A stretch of 64,000 nt of DNA from Paramoeba atlantica (GCA_977017575.1 CDRNVI010000167.1:62001-126000), one strand, 5' to 3'. Shown: positions 36,575-48,972, counted from the stretch's first letter. Numbers and translations are program-made. The notes: generated by a model not told the origin, from the letters alone.

Positions 36575-36846
36575 AGAAGATTGAACAGCCTTGTCAAACT
36601 TCAGTTCTACATAATAGAGTCTGCAAGAGAGGAGTGAGGTTTTCCTCCAATTGAGGCTAACCAGGTTTTAGAGGGGTGAAGTACTTTTTCAATCACAAAA
36701 ATGGCTTGAGAAGGAATCTTCAACCTCTTTAAAATGTGAATCAGAGCATCACAGTTTATATAATCATAAGCCTTGCAGAAGTCAGTTTGGAAGAGAGTAA
36801 GATTTTGTTCATTGGCCAAAGCCTTATAAAAGGCATCATAAATAGA
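36575..36846 (-). mobile_element. LINE family 2, RT fragment (continuation of 62109-64000)
   Basis: SIYDAFYKALANEQNLTLFQTDFCKAYDYINCDAL...V*QGCSI. It resumes close to where the 62109 segment stops (AMFKGRS). Confidence 0.7.
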
Positions 36847-39800
36847 TGTTGGTGAATTCTGCCTATTTTCCCTGACTGATTTTGGATTATTAGTGAGAAA
36901 GTTCTAGTTTTTGTGATTTTTCCCTCCTTTTCTTAAGGTGGTGACTTTCAAACCTCTTCTTTTGTGACTTCTTTTGTTTTGTTTCATCCCTTTGTGACTT
37001 TTGAGGATATTTGAGACCTAAATAACATTTGGAAACTTGTTTCTCTTTTCTTGGCTCTGTTTTGGTCAATTTTTGAGAAAAAGAACCTTGATTTGAAGCA
37101 CTTGTGTTTTGGAATCGATTTTTGCATTGATTTTGTGCCTCATTCTCTTTCCTTGTTAATTTTCAAGGTTATTTAAAGCTTCAAACAAATTTTTGGAAAT
37201 TTATCTTGATTTTTGACCTTGTTTTGTTGGAATTTCTAGAAATTTCCTCTCTTTGGGTGAATTCTGTTCCAAGGCTGTTTTCTTGTTGGTTTTTCCCTCT
37301 TTGTTTGTTTTTTATTGATTCTCAAGGTGATTCAAAGCTTTTGACAAATTTTTAGAATTCAATTCTCTCTTTTGACTTTGTTTTGGTGGAATCTCTGAAA
37401 AAAGAAAAATACTCTTATTTGAAACAATTGAGCTTCAAAGTTGTTTTCTTTTGATTTTGCTTTTCAACCTTGCTTTTTGACGATTACTAGAACAATTCAA
37501 AGTCCCTTGTGAATTTTCAGAATTTGATTCTCTCTCTGGACCTTATTTTGAATTGGATTCCCCTTTTAATCTTGTTCTTGTGGAATTTGCAAAAAGACTT
37601 ATTTGAATCAATTGTGTTTCAGACATGTGTTCTCAACAGTTTTCTCTTTTATTTTGTTATGGGCAATTCTTGAAGTGTTTGGAAGCTTTTGGTGACCTTT
37701 CAGAAATTTATTCCTTGTTTTAACCTTGTTCTGGTGGAATTTCTAAAAGATTTCTCTCTTTGAGTTCTTGTGTTTTGAAAGATTTCTCTCTTTGAGCCTT
37801 TTGTGTTTTGGAATTGTTTTTGGACAGTTTCTTTTCCCTTTCTTGTTTGTTGGTGACTCTTGAGGTGTTTGGGAGTTACCAAGTGGCTTTTCAGAAGGTT
37901 ATCCTTTATTCTGATCTTGTTCTAGCAAAATTTTCAAAGAACCTCTGTTTTAGACAATTTGAGACAATTATGTTTGGACTTGTTTTCTCTAGTGATTTCT
38001 TTCTCTTTATTTTGTCCCCTAGCAATCTCCAAGACATTTTAAACAATCCTTGTAATTTTTAGAAATTTATCCTCCTTTCTAGGTCTGTTCTCATGGAAAT
38101 TCAAAAACTTCCCCACAATGATTAGATCTTGTTTTGAACTGTTCTTTTAAGTGGTTTTTTCTTCCCTTCTCTTGCTTTTCAATGATTCTAGTGGCAACCT
38201 TAAGACTCTTGATAATTTCTGAAGTTCTATTCCCTTTTTGAAGTTGTTTGAGCAATATTTTGGAAACACCTCATTTTGGTTGGTTCTGAGCAAGGTCATC
38301 CAGATCAGTTCTATTCTGTGGTTTTCTTTCCTCTTATTTTGTTCTTAGTTGATCTTTAAAACATCTTGAACAATCCTCATAATTTTTGGAAATTTACCTA
38401 CTGTTTTGTGCCCTGTTTACAGAATTTTTAAGAACCACACATTGACTGGATCATCCTCTGAATTGCTCTGCTCAGTAGCTTTATTGTTTTTATTTTGTTC
38501 TTTGATGATTCTATTAGCATTAAAAGGTTTTCAACAAATTTAAGAAGTTTGTTTCCCTCTTTTGAGCCTGTTTGAGTGACACTCCAGAAATACCCTGTTT
38601 GGCCAATTTTTAAGTTAATTAAATTTGAAGTTATTTCCTTTAGTGGTCTTTTGGTTCTCTGCTTACTCCTTTGGCAATTTGCAAAACATTGTTACTCCTT
38701 TTGATGATTTCTTAAGAAATCCTTTTGATGATTTCTTAAGAAATTACCCTCAATCTCAGTTTTGTTTTGGTGGTATTTTGGAAAGTTTTGTTTGTGTGAC
38801 TATAAGGATTCTTGATTTTTCTTTTGTGACCTGTTGATTTTGAGTGTGTTCTCCCCTTCATCCTTGAGTTGAATTTGTGGACAATCTTTCTTGTAGAATT
38901 TTGTGGGACAGGAAAGACCTTTCTAAGATCATATTCTTTCTGAATCATTTTTGAGCCAATTCTTGGATTCTCAAATATTTCATCTGATTTCCTAAGTTTG
39001 CAATTGAATCTTGCATGGTTTGAGTCAGTATTGGTGACAAATCACTTCTAAATTTATTGAAGTTCTCTCTTGGATTGGACTTTCTTTAGAAACAATCCCT
39101 TTATTGGTTATTCTGGACTCTCATTGTTCTATGGGCTCTAAGTTTCAGATATTCTCTTGTATTTTCTGCCAGAGTGACTTCCTGTTTTTGTATTTGGATT
39201 ACTGAGTTCTTTTGTGGTTTTGTTTGCTCTTTACCCAAGCGAAACAATGAGACACTCCTCTCTTTTGAACTCTTTTCCATTGTTTTAGAGTGGAAGTTTT
39301 GGAATTTCTCACTGTTTTTCAGTCCTGAAACCTTACAGTTCCATCCTGCTTGGCAATTTTCGAGTTTCTGGCATCTTGTTCCTTTTTTCTTTTGAATTGA
39401 GTGACAACATAAGACATTTTTGAATTATTGCTGTTGGATAATCATTTGTTTGCTGGGATTTTTTAGGATTATTTTTTTCTTGATTCCTTTGATTCCTTCT
39501 GTGTTGTTTCTAGTCACTGAACTTTCTTGTATTTCTCTGATTTGTTCATTATTGGAACTGTTTGTGACAAAGTCCTTTCGAACTCTTTCTATTTTTGGAT
39601 TTTGTGGATTTTTGAGCATCTCAGAAGTCTAGTTTTCTTCAATCAGTATTCATTTTGGCAAAATCCCTTGAATCTTTGTAGTTTAATTCCTTTGCCTGGA
39701 TTGAGGAATTGAATTTTCTAGAAATCTTCTTTGAAATTACTAGCTTATTATATAGAGAATCCTTTGTTTTGATTTCTTTCTTGAGTTACCTTGTCTAACT

Positions 39801-40007
39801 AGACCAACCTTGAATTATACACTGTATTTTGTGACTCTAGGATATTTTGTTTTTTGTCCAGCCTGAATTGGATCTATGACTTTTGTGACTTCTGTGACTT
39901 CTGTGACTTCTATGAGTTCTGTGACTTCTGTGACTCCTGTGACTACATACAACTATTTCGTTTGTTTGGAATCTTGGATCATATTTTTTTTTCAAGAAAT
40001 TATCATC

Positions 40008-42593
40008 ATGCCAACTGAGAAGCGAAACTGTAATGAGCCCACAGAAGAAGCCAAGAAGAGGAGGAAGATGTTGATGGAAACCATAACCTTGAAATAAGTT
40101 TTGAGTTTCACTACAAAGTTGGATTCACTCACTGGAGATTTTGTACAGTTTACAAAGGAATTGCAGTGCTTGCAAGATATCCATGGTTGGGACAACTTTC
40201 TCACCTTCAAGATTTTCAACACAAAATGGATCAGCAATCAATTTGTAGATCTTGATGAAATCCACAGTTTTGAGGACCTCTACTATCTTCGAAACATTTT
40301 TGGTGCTTCTGTTGGGGTGAGACCTGCTTCCAACACGGAAGTTGTGCCTTTCAGTGCCTTTTCAGTTCCCTGAGCCTTCCCTGAGCTTCCTTGATGCCTT
40401 TTATCATGAGTTTTGGTCCTTTCGGAGAGCCCTGAGCCTCACAGACAGCCGCGCGCCATTTTATCGTGATTTTAGCCAAAATCACGAGATTTTTAGCGCT
40501 CTTTTTATTCAGTTTTCGCGTTCGCGTTTTTGCTTCCTTTTCTTGCCGCTTTGCCGCTTTCTGCTTTCTTTCTGCTTTCTTGTCGCTCTCTCTCTCTCTT
40601 TGCTTTCCTTTGTGATCTTTTGGCTTGCTTTGCTTGCTTTCTGTTCTCTTCTTTGGTTGTCATCATCTTTTGTTGCTTTCTTCCTTCTTTGGTTGCTGTG
40701 TAGACTTGGGATTCCGATTTGAGTTGAGTTTCGGCGATTCTGTGCTTTTCTCAGTTGTGATTCCTTTTGTTGTTCTTCTTCTTGCTTTTCTGTTTCTTTG
40801 TTGTTGTTTTCTTGTTCTGTTTGTGTTGGCTGGGGATCTTTCCCATAAAGGTTTTGATCCAGAGTTTCTGTTTCTCTTTCTTTTCTCTTGTTTTCTCTGT
40901 TGATCCTGCTCCCCTCCTCACACTTCAACCCCTCCAGAGGTGGCAGAAACTCAGGCAATACAAGATTTACAGAAGCTGAAACCTGAGGATTTCAAAACCT
41001 GTGTAGACTACAATTGGGCCTTCTTCAATTTCACCAACAAAACAAAATTGCTAGTTAAAGATGTCCAAAAGATTTATGCTGGGAAGCTCCCTTTCAGCCC
41101 TAATGAAGTGTCAAGAATAGTAAAACACAATTCAGGGAACAACATGAAATTTATGGAATGGTTGAAGGACAAGGAGTATGTGGACAGAGTGTGGCAGAAA
41201 GCAAAATCAGAATCCAAGTCTTCAAGCTCAAAGAACAGGGATCCTGACCAACATGCAGTGGTGAACACTCTTTCAAAACAGTCAGATGCAATGCAAGCAG
41301 TTTTGCAGAAGGGGACCTCTTTTCAATGTTCATTTTGCAGGCTGTTACAACATTCCACCTCAGATTGTCAGTACAAGGCAAATATTGAGGCTCTCCAAAA
41401 ACAATAAATATAACAAGCACAACAAGCTCTTCAGCAACAAATCTATCAATCTTCTCAGCAACAATTTCAACAATCTCCAGTGCAACAATTTCCCCAAGGA
41501 CAATTTCAACAATCTCTTGTGCAACAGTTTCCAACAGTTTTAACTACAAGTGGACAACCAAACTCTCTTCAACCTCCAACAGGAAGAGGGAGGATTTGTG
41601 ACTTTTGTGGGAAATCTGAACAGATGTGGAAGATTGTTACTCATGATGCTGAGGCTGGGGCTGAGGATGTGGTAGAGGTCAGTTTGGTTCTTTTCAAGGG
41701 AAGTGCTTCACATGTGGTGCCTTAGGACATAAGGCCATGCATTGTCTGAAATCTGGTGCAGCTGGACCTCTATTTGAAAATACACCCCTGACAACAGCAT
41801 TAACCCAACAAAATTCAAGACAAGCTGGCATCTTACCAACACCCCAAGCCATAACACATCAACCACCTGAGTTTTGGAATCCAAGCACAACTGTGGGAAC
41901 AATCCAACCAACCCCTGGTACAACATTTCTTCCTATACAACCAACTGAGACCAACAATACTCCTGTCACACCTTGTCAGGCAATACAATACCAACAACCT
42001 CAGGAAGCCTTACCACAACTTGAGCAAGCTCTATCTCAATCTCAACCACTGGCATCACAACCTCAATCCCACACTCTTGCTCAATTACAACAACTTCTCC
42101 TTGATTCCCAACAAACAACCAGTCAACTCAATCCTCAAATCCTTCAAAGGTAACAACAACTAATTTTGGATCAAATACAACAATAGCAACAGTTACAGAG
42201 ACAGCAACCTCAACAACCTTGAACTCAATCAACAAAACAGGATTTTCAGCCTGGGGGCACAGGGAACACCCCCTCATAAAATCTTCTCATTTAACTTCCA
42301 CAGATTTTGTACAATTCTCTCAACAATCTTCTTTCAGGTTTTCTCAATTTTCTCAACTCTCTCAACTGGTTCAACAAGTTCCTCAACAACCTTCTCTTGA
42401 ATCTCTGCAATTCTCTCAATCTACTCAACCTGCTCAACAAATTCCTTGACAATCCTCTCTCGAATCTTCTCAACTCTCTCAATCTCTTCTTTTGGTTTCT
42501 CAACAATCTCAATGTCAAACCTCTCAATTTCCCCAATCTGAAGTGCAACTTCCCCTGACTTGTGTTGCACCACCTGTTCAACCAAATCTCTAA
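40008..42593 (+). pseudogene. gag: Gag of outer Gypsy-2 with zinc knuckles and Q/P/S-rich tail
   Basis: CSFCRLLQHSTSDC (~41330) and CFTCGALGHKAMHC (~41705), plus a damaged CDFCGKSE knuckle (~41600). Split by the solo LTR at 40310, rejoining as GAS-TPPEVAETQ. Confidence 0.8.
40310..40922 (+). mobile_element. Solo LTR, family 2 (613 bp, CpG-rich)
   Basis: TG...CA ends with TSD CTTC (40306-40309, 40923-40926). Confidence 0.95.
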
Positions 42594-42699
42594 TTAAAGA
42601 ACTCACAAGTCAAGACACAATCTGTTTCAGTGATTCAAGGCCCTCCCAACTCAGTGGAAGTGACAAAACAAAGAAAAAAGTGGAAAACCACCTTGAAAT

Positions 42700-43059
42700 T
42701 GATGCAGTTGAACTTAACACTGATACACCCTTATTGGTGAAAGGAAAATTGGGAAACAAAGAAGTGGTGTTTGCAATTGATTCTGGAGTGACAGTTGACT
42801 GCATTAGTAGTGATTTTTACTAGAAACATTTTAGTCACTTAACCTTAGAAAAAGCGAGAACATTTGAGTCAATTTCTCTCAGCTGGTGGTGATGCTTTAC
42901 AACATTTGGGGAGAGTAGCCTTGCCAGTTGTTTTGGGATCTGTGAAGAGGAACATTTATTTCTTTGTCTTGAACAATTTGACTTTGGATGTGATTTTGGG
43001 CCTGGGTTACCAAGTTGATGTGGGTTTGGATATTATGAACAGCTATGGATTTGTGATTC
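42700..43059 (+). pseudogene. Aspartyl protease of outer Gypsy-2
   Basis: LLVKGKLGNKEVVFAIDSGVTVDCIS...DVILGLGY. Continues at 48330-48347 and 48977 onward as GFVI-PHGGIP-VPFFV. Confidence 0.85.
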
Positions 43060-44265
43060 TGTGAGGAGGGGAGCAGGATCAATAGAGAAAACAAGAGAAA
43101 AAAAAGAGAAACAGAAACTCTGGATCAAAACCTTTATGGGAAAGATCCCCAGCCAACACAAACAGAACAAGAAAACAACAACAAAGAAACAGAAAAGCAA
43201 GAAGAACAACAAAAGGAATTACAACTGATAAAAGCATAGAATTGTCAAAACTCAACTCAAATCAGAATCCCAAGTTTACACAGCAACCAAAGAAGGAAGA
43301 AAGCAACAAAAGATAATGACAACAAAAGAAGAGAACAGAAAGCAAGCAAGGCAAGTTAAAAGATCACAGAGGAAAGCAAAGAGAGAGAGAGAGAGTGACA
43401 AGAAAGCAGAAAGAAAGCAAAAAACAGCAAAGTGGCAAGAAAGGGGGGAAAAATGCAAACATGAAAACTGAATAAAAAGAGTGCTAAAAATCTCATGATT
43501 TTGGCTAAAATCATGATAAAATGGCATGCAGCTGTCTGTGAGGCTCAGGGCTCTCCAAAAGGACCAAAACTCATGATAAAAGGCATCAAAGAAGCTCAGG
43601 GAAGGTTCAGGGAGGCTCAAGGAACTGAAAAGGTACTGAAAGGCACAACTTCCATGTTGGAAGCAGATCTCACCCCAACACCTCCCCCTTTAAAACAAAA
43701 CAAGAGTGTGGGGTTGCAGGGGCCAAGAGAAAAGAGGCCAGAAACTCAACAGGGTCCAAAAAGATGAAAGAAATCCATGGGAATCCACAAAATCAGAATC
43801 AATTCTCTGACCATGCAATCAAAAGAAGGGAATCAGCAGCAGAAGACCCAAGGAATCAATTCAGGGTGTCAACAAATTGCAAAATGCAGCTCACCAAGGG
43901 GGATGACAGAAGAATAAAACAAACAAAACACAAAACAAAACACAAAAAAGAGAACAAACACAAAACACAATGGCTGGGGACTTACTTGAAAAAAAAATGT
44001 TTTGATATATTTAGGACCTCTGTCCAGGGAAACCAGTAAACCCAAATCTTCATCATATTTACAGCATTCACAATATTTACAGTCTCCCAGGGAAAGCATA
44101 ACAGGATTGCAATTCTTGAAACCAATATTCCAAACCAGTCACATAGTCAAAACAATCTTCAAAATTGATTAATAGCAAAGACAACCAAATCTCAAACAAC
44201 AAAAGAAAGGAAACAACTCAATAAAGAGAAGCAATGTGGGTCATCCAACCACAAAAGTTAATTTC

Positions 44266-44955
44266 TCATCCCAGAAAGTCTGAATCCGAGTCCTCATCCA
44301 ATACCAGCCTGTTCAACTCAAAACTTTCCTTTTCACTTGTCTCCATTTCTGAATCTGGACTTTCTTTTCTTTCACTTAATTCTTCCTCAAATCTTGAATC
44401 TTCCTCTTCCAACTCAATATCAGAACTTGATTCTTCTTCTCTACCTACTGCTGAAGTGATTGCATTTGTTCTCCTAAACTGGAAAAGAAGGTGATTTCCT
44501 TTCAATGAAGCTGCTCCAACCCATGAATTCTTCTTTTGGCCATAACCTAACCATTCAACTAAATATTCTTTTTTCTCATTACCTCTTTCAGCAAGTATTT
44601 TTGTTATCTCAACTCCTGGTACATCTTGCAAAGTTGTGACTCTACATTTCTGAACTCTTCTGACATTCATGAGGTGCAGCAGTATTTCTTGAGAATGGAT
44701 GTTTCTGAGGGCAACAGCATGATTATTGGGCTTTTCTACCACCTGGTAAATTACATTCCCATATCTTGGTAATAATTTCAGGTTGAGGCCTTTCTTCTTG
44801 AGTTTTCTCTTACACAAAACTAAATCTCCAGTGAGTGAATCCAACTTTGTAGTGAAACTCAAAACTTGTTTCAAGGTTGTGGTTTCCATCACCATCTTCC
44901 TCCTCTTCTTGGCTTCTTCTGTGGGCTCATTACAGTTTTGCTTCTCAGTTGGCAT
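44266..44955 (-). CDS. Open Gag-N/chromodomain fusion ORF (229 aa): basic NLS-like motif, chromodomain, acidic tail
   Basis: MPTEK...AKKRRK...LDSLTGD|LVLCKRKLKKK...VEITKILAERGNEKKEYLVEWLGYGQKKNSWV...EEESSSDIELEEED. No stop codon. Expression is unknown. Confidence 0.55.
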   Translation of the reverse strand: MPTEKQNCNEPTEEAKKRRKMVMETTTLKQVLSFTTKLDSLTGDLVLCKRKLKKKGLNLKLLPRYGNVIYQVVEKPNNHAVALRNIHSQEILLHLMNVRRVQKCRVTTLQDVPGVEITKILAERGNEKKEYLVEWLGYGQKKNSWVGAASLKGNHLLFQFRRTNAITSAVGREEESSSDIELEEEDSRFEEELSERKESPDSEMETSEKESFELNRLVLDEDSDSDFLG

Positions 44956-47683
44956 GATGATAATCTCCTGAAAAAAAAATATGATCCAAGATTCTAAACA
45001 AATGAAATAGTTGCATGTAGTTATAGGAGTCACAGAAGTCACAGAACTCATGGATCCAATTCAGACTGGACAAAAAATAAGATGTTCCAGAGTCACAAAA
45101 TACAGTGTATAATTCAAGGTTGGTCCAATCAGACAAGGTAACTCAAGAAAGAAATCGAAACAAAGGATTCTCCACACAATAAGCCAGTAATTTCAAAGAA
45201 GATTTCCAGAAAATTCGATTCCTCAATTCAAACAAAGGAATTGGACCACAAAGATTCAAGGGATTTCACCAGAATGAATACTGGTTGAAGAAAACTAGAC
45301 TTCTGGGATGCTCAAAAATCCACAAAATCCAAAAACAGAAGGAGTTTGAAAGGACTTTGTCACAAACAGTTCCAATAATGAACAAATCAGAGAAATACAA
45401 GAAAGTTCGGCAACTGGAAACAGCACAGAAGGAATCAAAGGAATTAAGAAAAAATAATCCCAGAAAATCCCAGCAAACAAATGATTATCCAACAGCAATA
45501 ATCCAAAAATGTCTTATGTTGTCACTCAATTCAAAAGAAAGGGGAACAAGATGCCAGAAACTCGAAAATTGCCAAGCAGGATGGAATTGTAAGGTTTCAG
45601 GGCTGAAAAACAGTGAGAAATTCCAAAACTTCCACTCTAAAACAACAGGAAAGAGTTCAGAAGAGAGGGGTGTCTTGTTATCTCACTTGGGTAAAGAGCA
45701 AACAAGACCACAAAAGAACTCAGTAATCCAAATACAAAAACAGGGAGTCACTCTGGCAGAAAATACAAGAGAATATCCAAAACTTGGAGCCCACAGAAAA
45801 ATGAGAGTCTAGAATAACCAACAAAGGGATTGTTTTTGAAGAAGGTCCAATTCAAGAGAGAACTTCAATAAATTTAGAAGTGATTTGTCACCAATACTGA
45901 CTCAAACAATGCAAGGTTCAATCACAAACTTAGGAAATCAGATGAAATATTTGAGAATCCAAGAATTGGCTCAAAAATGATTCAGAAAGAATATGATCTC
46001 AGAAAGGTCTTTTCTGTCTCACAAAATTCTATAAGAAAGGTTGTCTACAAATTCAACTCAAGGATGAAGAGGAGAACACACTCAAAATCAGCAGGTTACA
46101 AAAGAAAAAATTAGGAATCCTCACAGTCACACAAACAAAACTTTCCAAAATACCACCAAAACAGAACTGAGATTGAGGGTAATTTCTTAAGAAATTGTCA
46201 AAAGGAGTAACAATGTTTTGCAAATCGCCAAAGAAGTAAGCAGAGAACCAAAAGACCACTAAAGAAAATGACTTCAAATTTAATTAATTTGAAAATTGGC
46301 CAAACAAGGTATTTCTGGAGTGTCACTCAAACAGGCTCAAAAGAGGAGAACAAACTTTTCAAATTTGTTAAAAACCTTTTAATGCTAATAGAATTGTTGA
46401 AGAACAAAACAAAAACAATAAAGCTACTGAGCAGAGCAATTCAGAAGGTGATTTAGTCAATGTGTGGTTTTTAAAAATTCCGCAAACAGGGCACAAAACA
46501 GTGGGTAAATTTCCAAAAATTATGAGGATTGTTCAAGATGTTTCAAAGATCAACTAAGAACAAAATAAGAGGAAAGAAAACCATGGAATAGAACTGATCT
46601 GGATGACCTTGCTCAGAACTGGCCAAAACAGGGTATTTCTAAAATATTGCTCAAACAACTTCAAAAAGGGAATAGAACTTCAGAAATTATCAAGAGTCTT
46701 AGGTTGCCACTAGAATCATTGAAAAGCAAGAGAAGGGAAGAGAAAACCACTCAAAAGAACAGTTCAAAACAAGATCCAATCACTGTGGGGAAGTTTTCGA
46801 ATCTCTGCAAGAACAGGCCCAGAAAGGAGGATAAATTTCCAAAAATTACAAGGATTGTTTGAAATGTCTTGGAGATTGCCAGGAGACAAAATAAAGGGAA
46901 AGAAATCACTGGAGAAAACAAGTCTAAATATAATTGTCTCAAATTGTCCAAAACAGAGGTTCTTTGAAAATTTCACTGGAACAAGATCAGAATAGGGGAT
47001 AACCTTCTGAAAAGCCACTTGGTAACTTCCAAACACCTCAAGAGTCACCAACAAACAAGAAAGGGAAAAGAAACTGTCCAAAAAACAATTCCAAAACACA
47101 AAGGGCTCAAAGAGAGAAATCTTCCAAAACACAAGAACTCAAAGAGAGAAATCTTTTAGAAATTCCACCAGAACAAGGTCGAAATGAGGAATAAATTTCT
47201 AAAAGGTCACCAAAAGCTTCCAAACACTTCAAGAATTGCCCACAACAAAATAGAAGAGAAGACTGTTGAGAATACACATCTGAAACACAATTGATTCAAA
47301 TAAGTCTTTTTGCAAATTCCACAAGAACAAGGTCAAAAGGGGAATCCAATTCAAAATAAGGTCCAGAGAGAGAATCAAATTCTGAAAATTCACAAGGGAC
47401 TTTGAATTGTTCTAGTAATCATCAAAAAGCAAGGTTGAAAAGCAAAATCAAAAGAAAACAACTTTGAAGCTCAATTGTTTCAAATAAAAGTATTTTTCTT
47501 TTTTCAAAGATTCCACCAAAAAAATCAAGAGAAATGAAAAACCAATTTTCGCCATAAAATCTGGGTCCAAAAACATAAAAGAAACATGGGGAGAAAGGCC
47601 CAAAAAATGCACAGCCACTTTAGAAGGAGAAGAATCAAAAAAAGCAATCCTTGATAAATCGGAGTGCAATCAGTCTCACTGAA

Positions 47684-47699
47684 GTCACTGGGAGCACCA
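47684..47699 (-). promoter_or_regulatory. Primer binding site of Gypsy-2
   Basis: TGGTGCTCCCAGTGAC starts 2 nt after the 5-prime LTR end and is complementary to a tRNA ending ...GGGAGCACCA. It resembles tRNA-Ile(UAU) 3-prime ends; this assignment is unverified. Confidence 0.75.
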
Positions 47700-48347
47700 C
47701 ATGTGAGGAGGGGAGCAGGATCAACAGAGAAAACAAGAGAAAAGAAAGAGAAACAGAAACTCTGGATCAAAACCTTTATGGAAAAGATCCCCAGCCAACA
47801 CAAACAGAACAAGAAAACAACAACAAAGAAATAGAAAAGCAAGAAGAAGAACAACAAAAGGAATCACAACTGAGAAAAGCACAGAATCGCCAAAACTCAA
47901 CTCAAATCAGAATCCCAAGTCTACACAGCAACCAAAAAAGGAAGAAAGCAACAAAAGATAATGACAACAAAAGAAGAGAACAGAAAGCAAGCAAGGCAAG
48001 CCAAAAGATCATAGAGGAAAGCAAAGAGAGAGAGAGAGAGTGACAAGAAAGCAGAAAGAAAGCAAAAGGCAGCAAAGTGGCAAGAAAGGGGGGAAAAATG
48101 CAAACATGAAAACTGAATAAAAAGAGTGCTAAAAATCTCATGATTTTAGCTAAAATCATGATAAAATGGTGTGCAGCTGTCTGTGAGGCTCAGGGCTCTC
48201 TGAAAGGATTAAAACTCATGATAAAAGGCATCAAGGAAGCTCAGGGAAGGTTCAGGGAGGCTCAAGGAACTGAAAAGGCACTGAAAGGCACAACTTCCCT
48301 GTTGGAAGCAGGTCTCACCCCAACAATTCCTCATGGTGGTATTCCTG

Positions 48348-48972
48348 TGTGAGGAGGGGAGCAGGATCAACAGAGAAAACAAGAGAAAAGAAAGAGAAAC
48401 AGAAACTCTGGATCAAAACCTTTATGGGAAAGATCCCCAGCCAACACAAACAGAACAAGAAAACAACAACAAAGAAACAGAAAAGCAAGAAGAAGAACAA
48501 CAAAAGGAATCACAACTGAGAAAAGCACAGAATCACCGAAACTCAACTCAAATCGGAATCCCAAGCCTACACAGCAACCAAAGAAGGAAGAAAGCAACAA
48601 AAGATGATGACAACAAAAGAAGAGAACAGAAAGCAAGCAAGGCAAGCCAAAAGATCACAAAGGAAAGCAAAGAGAGAGAGAGAGAGCGACAAGAAAGCAG
48701 AAAGAAAGCAGAAGGTGGCAAAGCAGCAAGAAAAGGGGGAAAAAACGCAAACGCGAAAACTGAATAAAAAGAGTGCTAAAAATCTCGTGATTTTGGCTAA
48801 AATCATGATAAAATGGTGCGCGGCTGTCTGTGAGGCTCAGGGCTCTCCGAAAGGACCAAAACTCATGATAAAAGGCATCAAGGAAGCTCAGGGAAGGCTC
48901 AGGGAGGCTCAAGGAACTGAAAAGGCACTGAAAGGCACAACTTCCGTGTTGGAAGCAGGTCTCACCCCAACA
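48348..48972 (-). mobile_element. Solo LTR, family 2 (625 bp)
   Basis: TG...CA ends with TSD CCTG (48344-48347, 48973-48976). Confidence 0.95.

Larger units (their letters stand above)
43060..48325 (-). mobile_element. Internally deleted (non-autonomous) Gypsy-2 copy with both LTRs
   Basis: LTRs at 43060-43680 and 47702-48325, TSD ATTC, PPT 43681-43690, PBS 47684-47699. Gag joins the integrase tail at a GAGATTT microhomology (44822-44828). Confidence 0.93.

Noticed and set aside
45285-47132. Antisense ORFs in the Gypsy-2 leader
   Set aside because: This strand is T-poor, so short open frames are expected. ORF boundaries are not conserved between inner and outer copies and no motif is recognisable.
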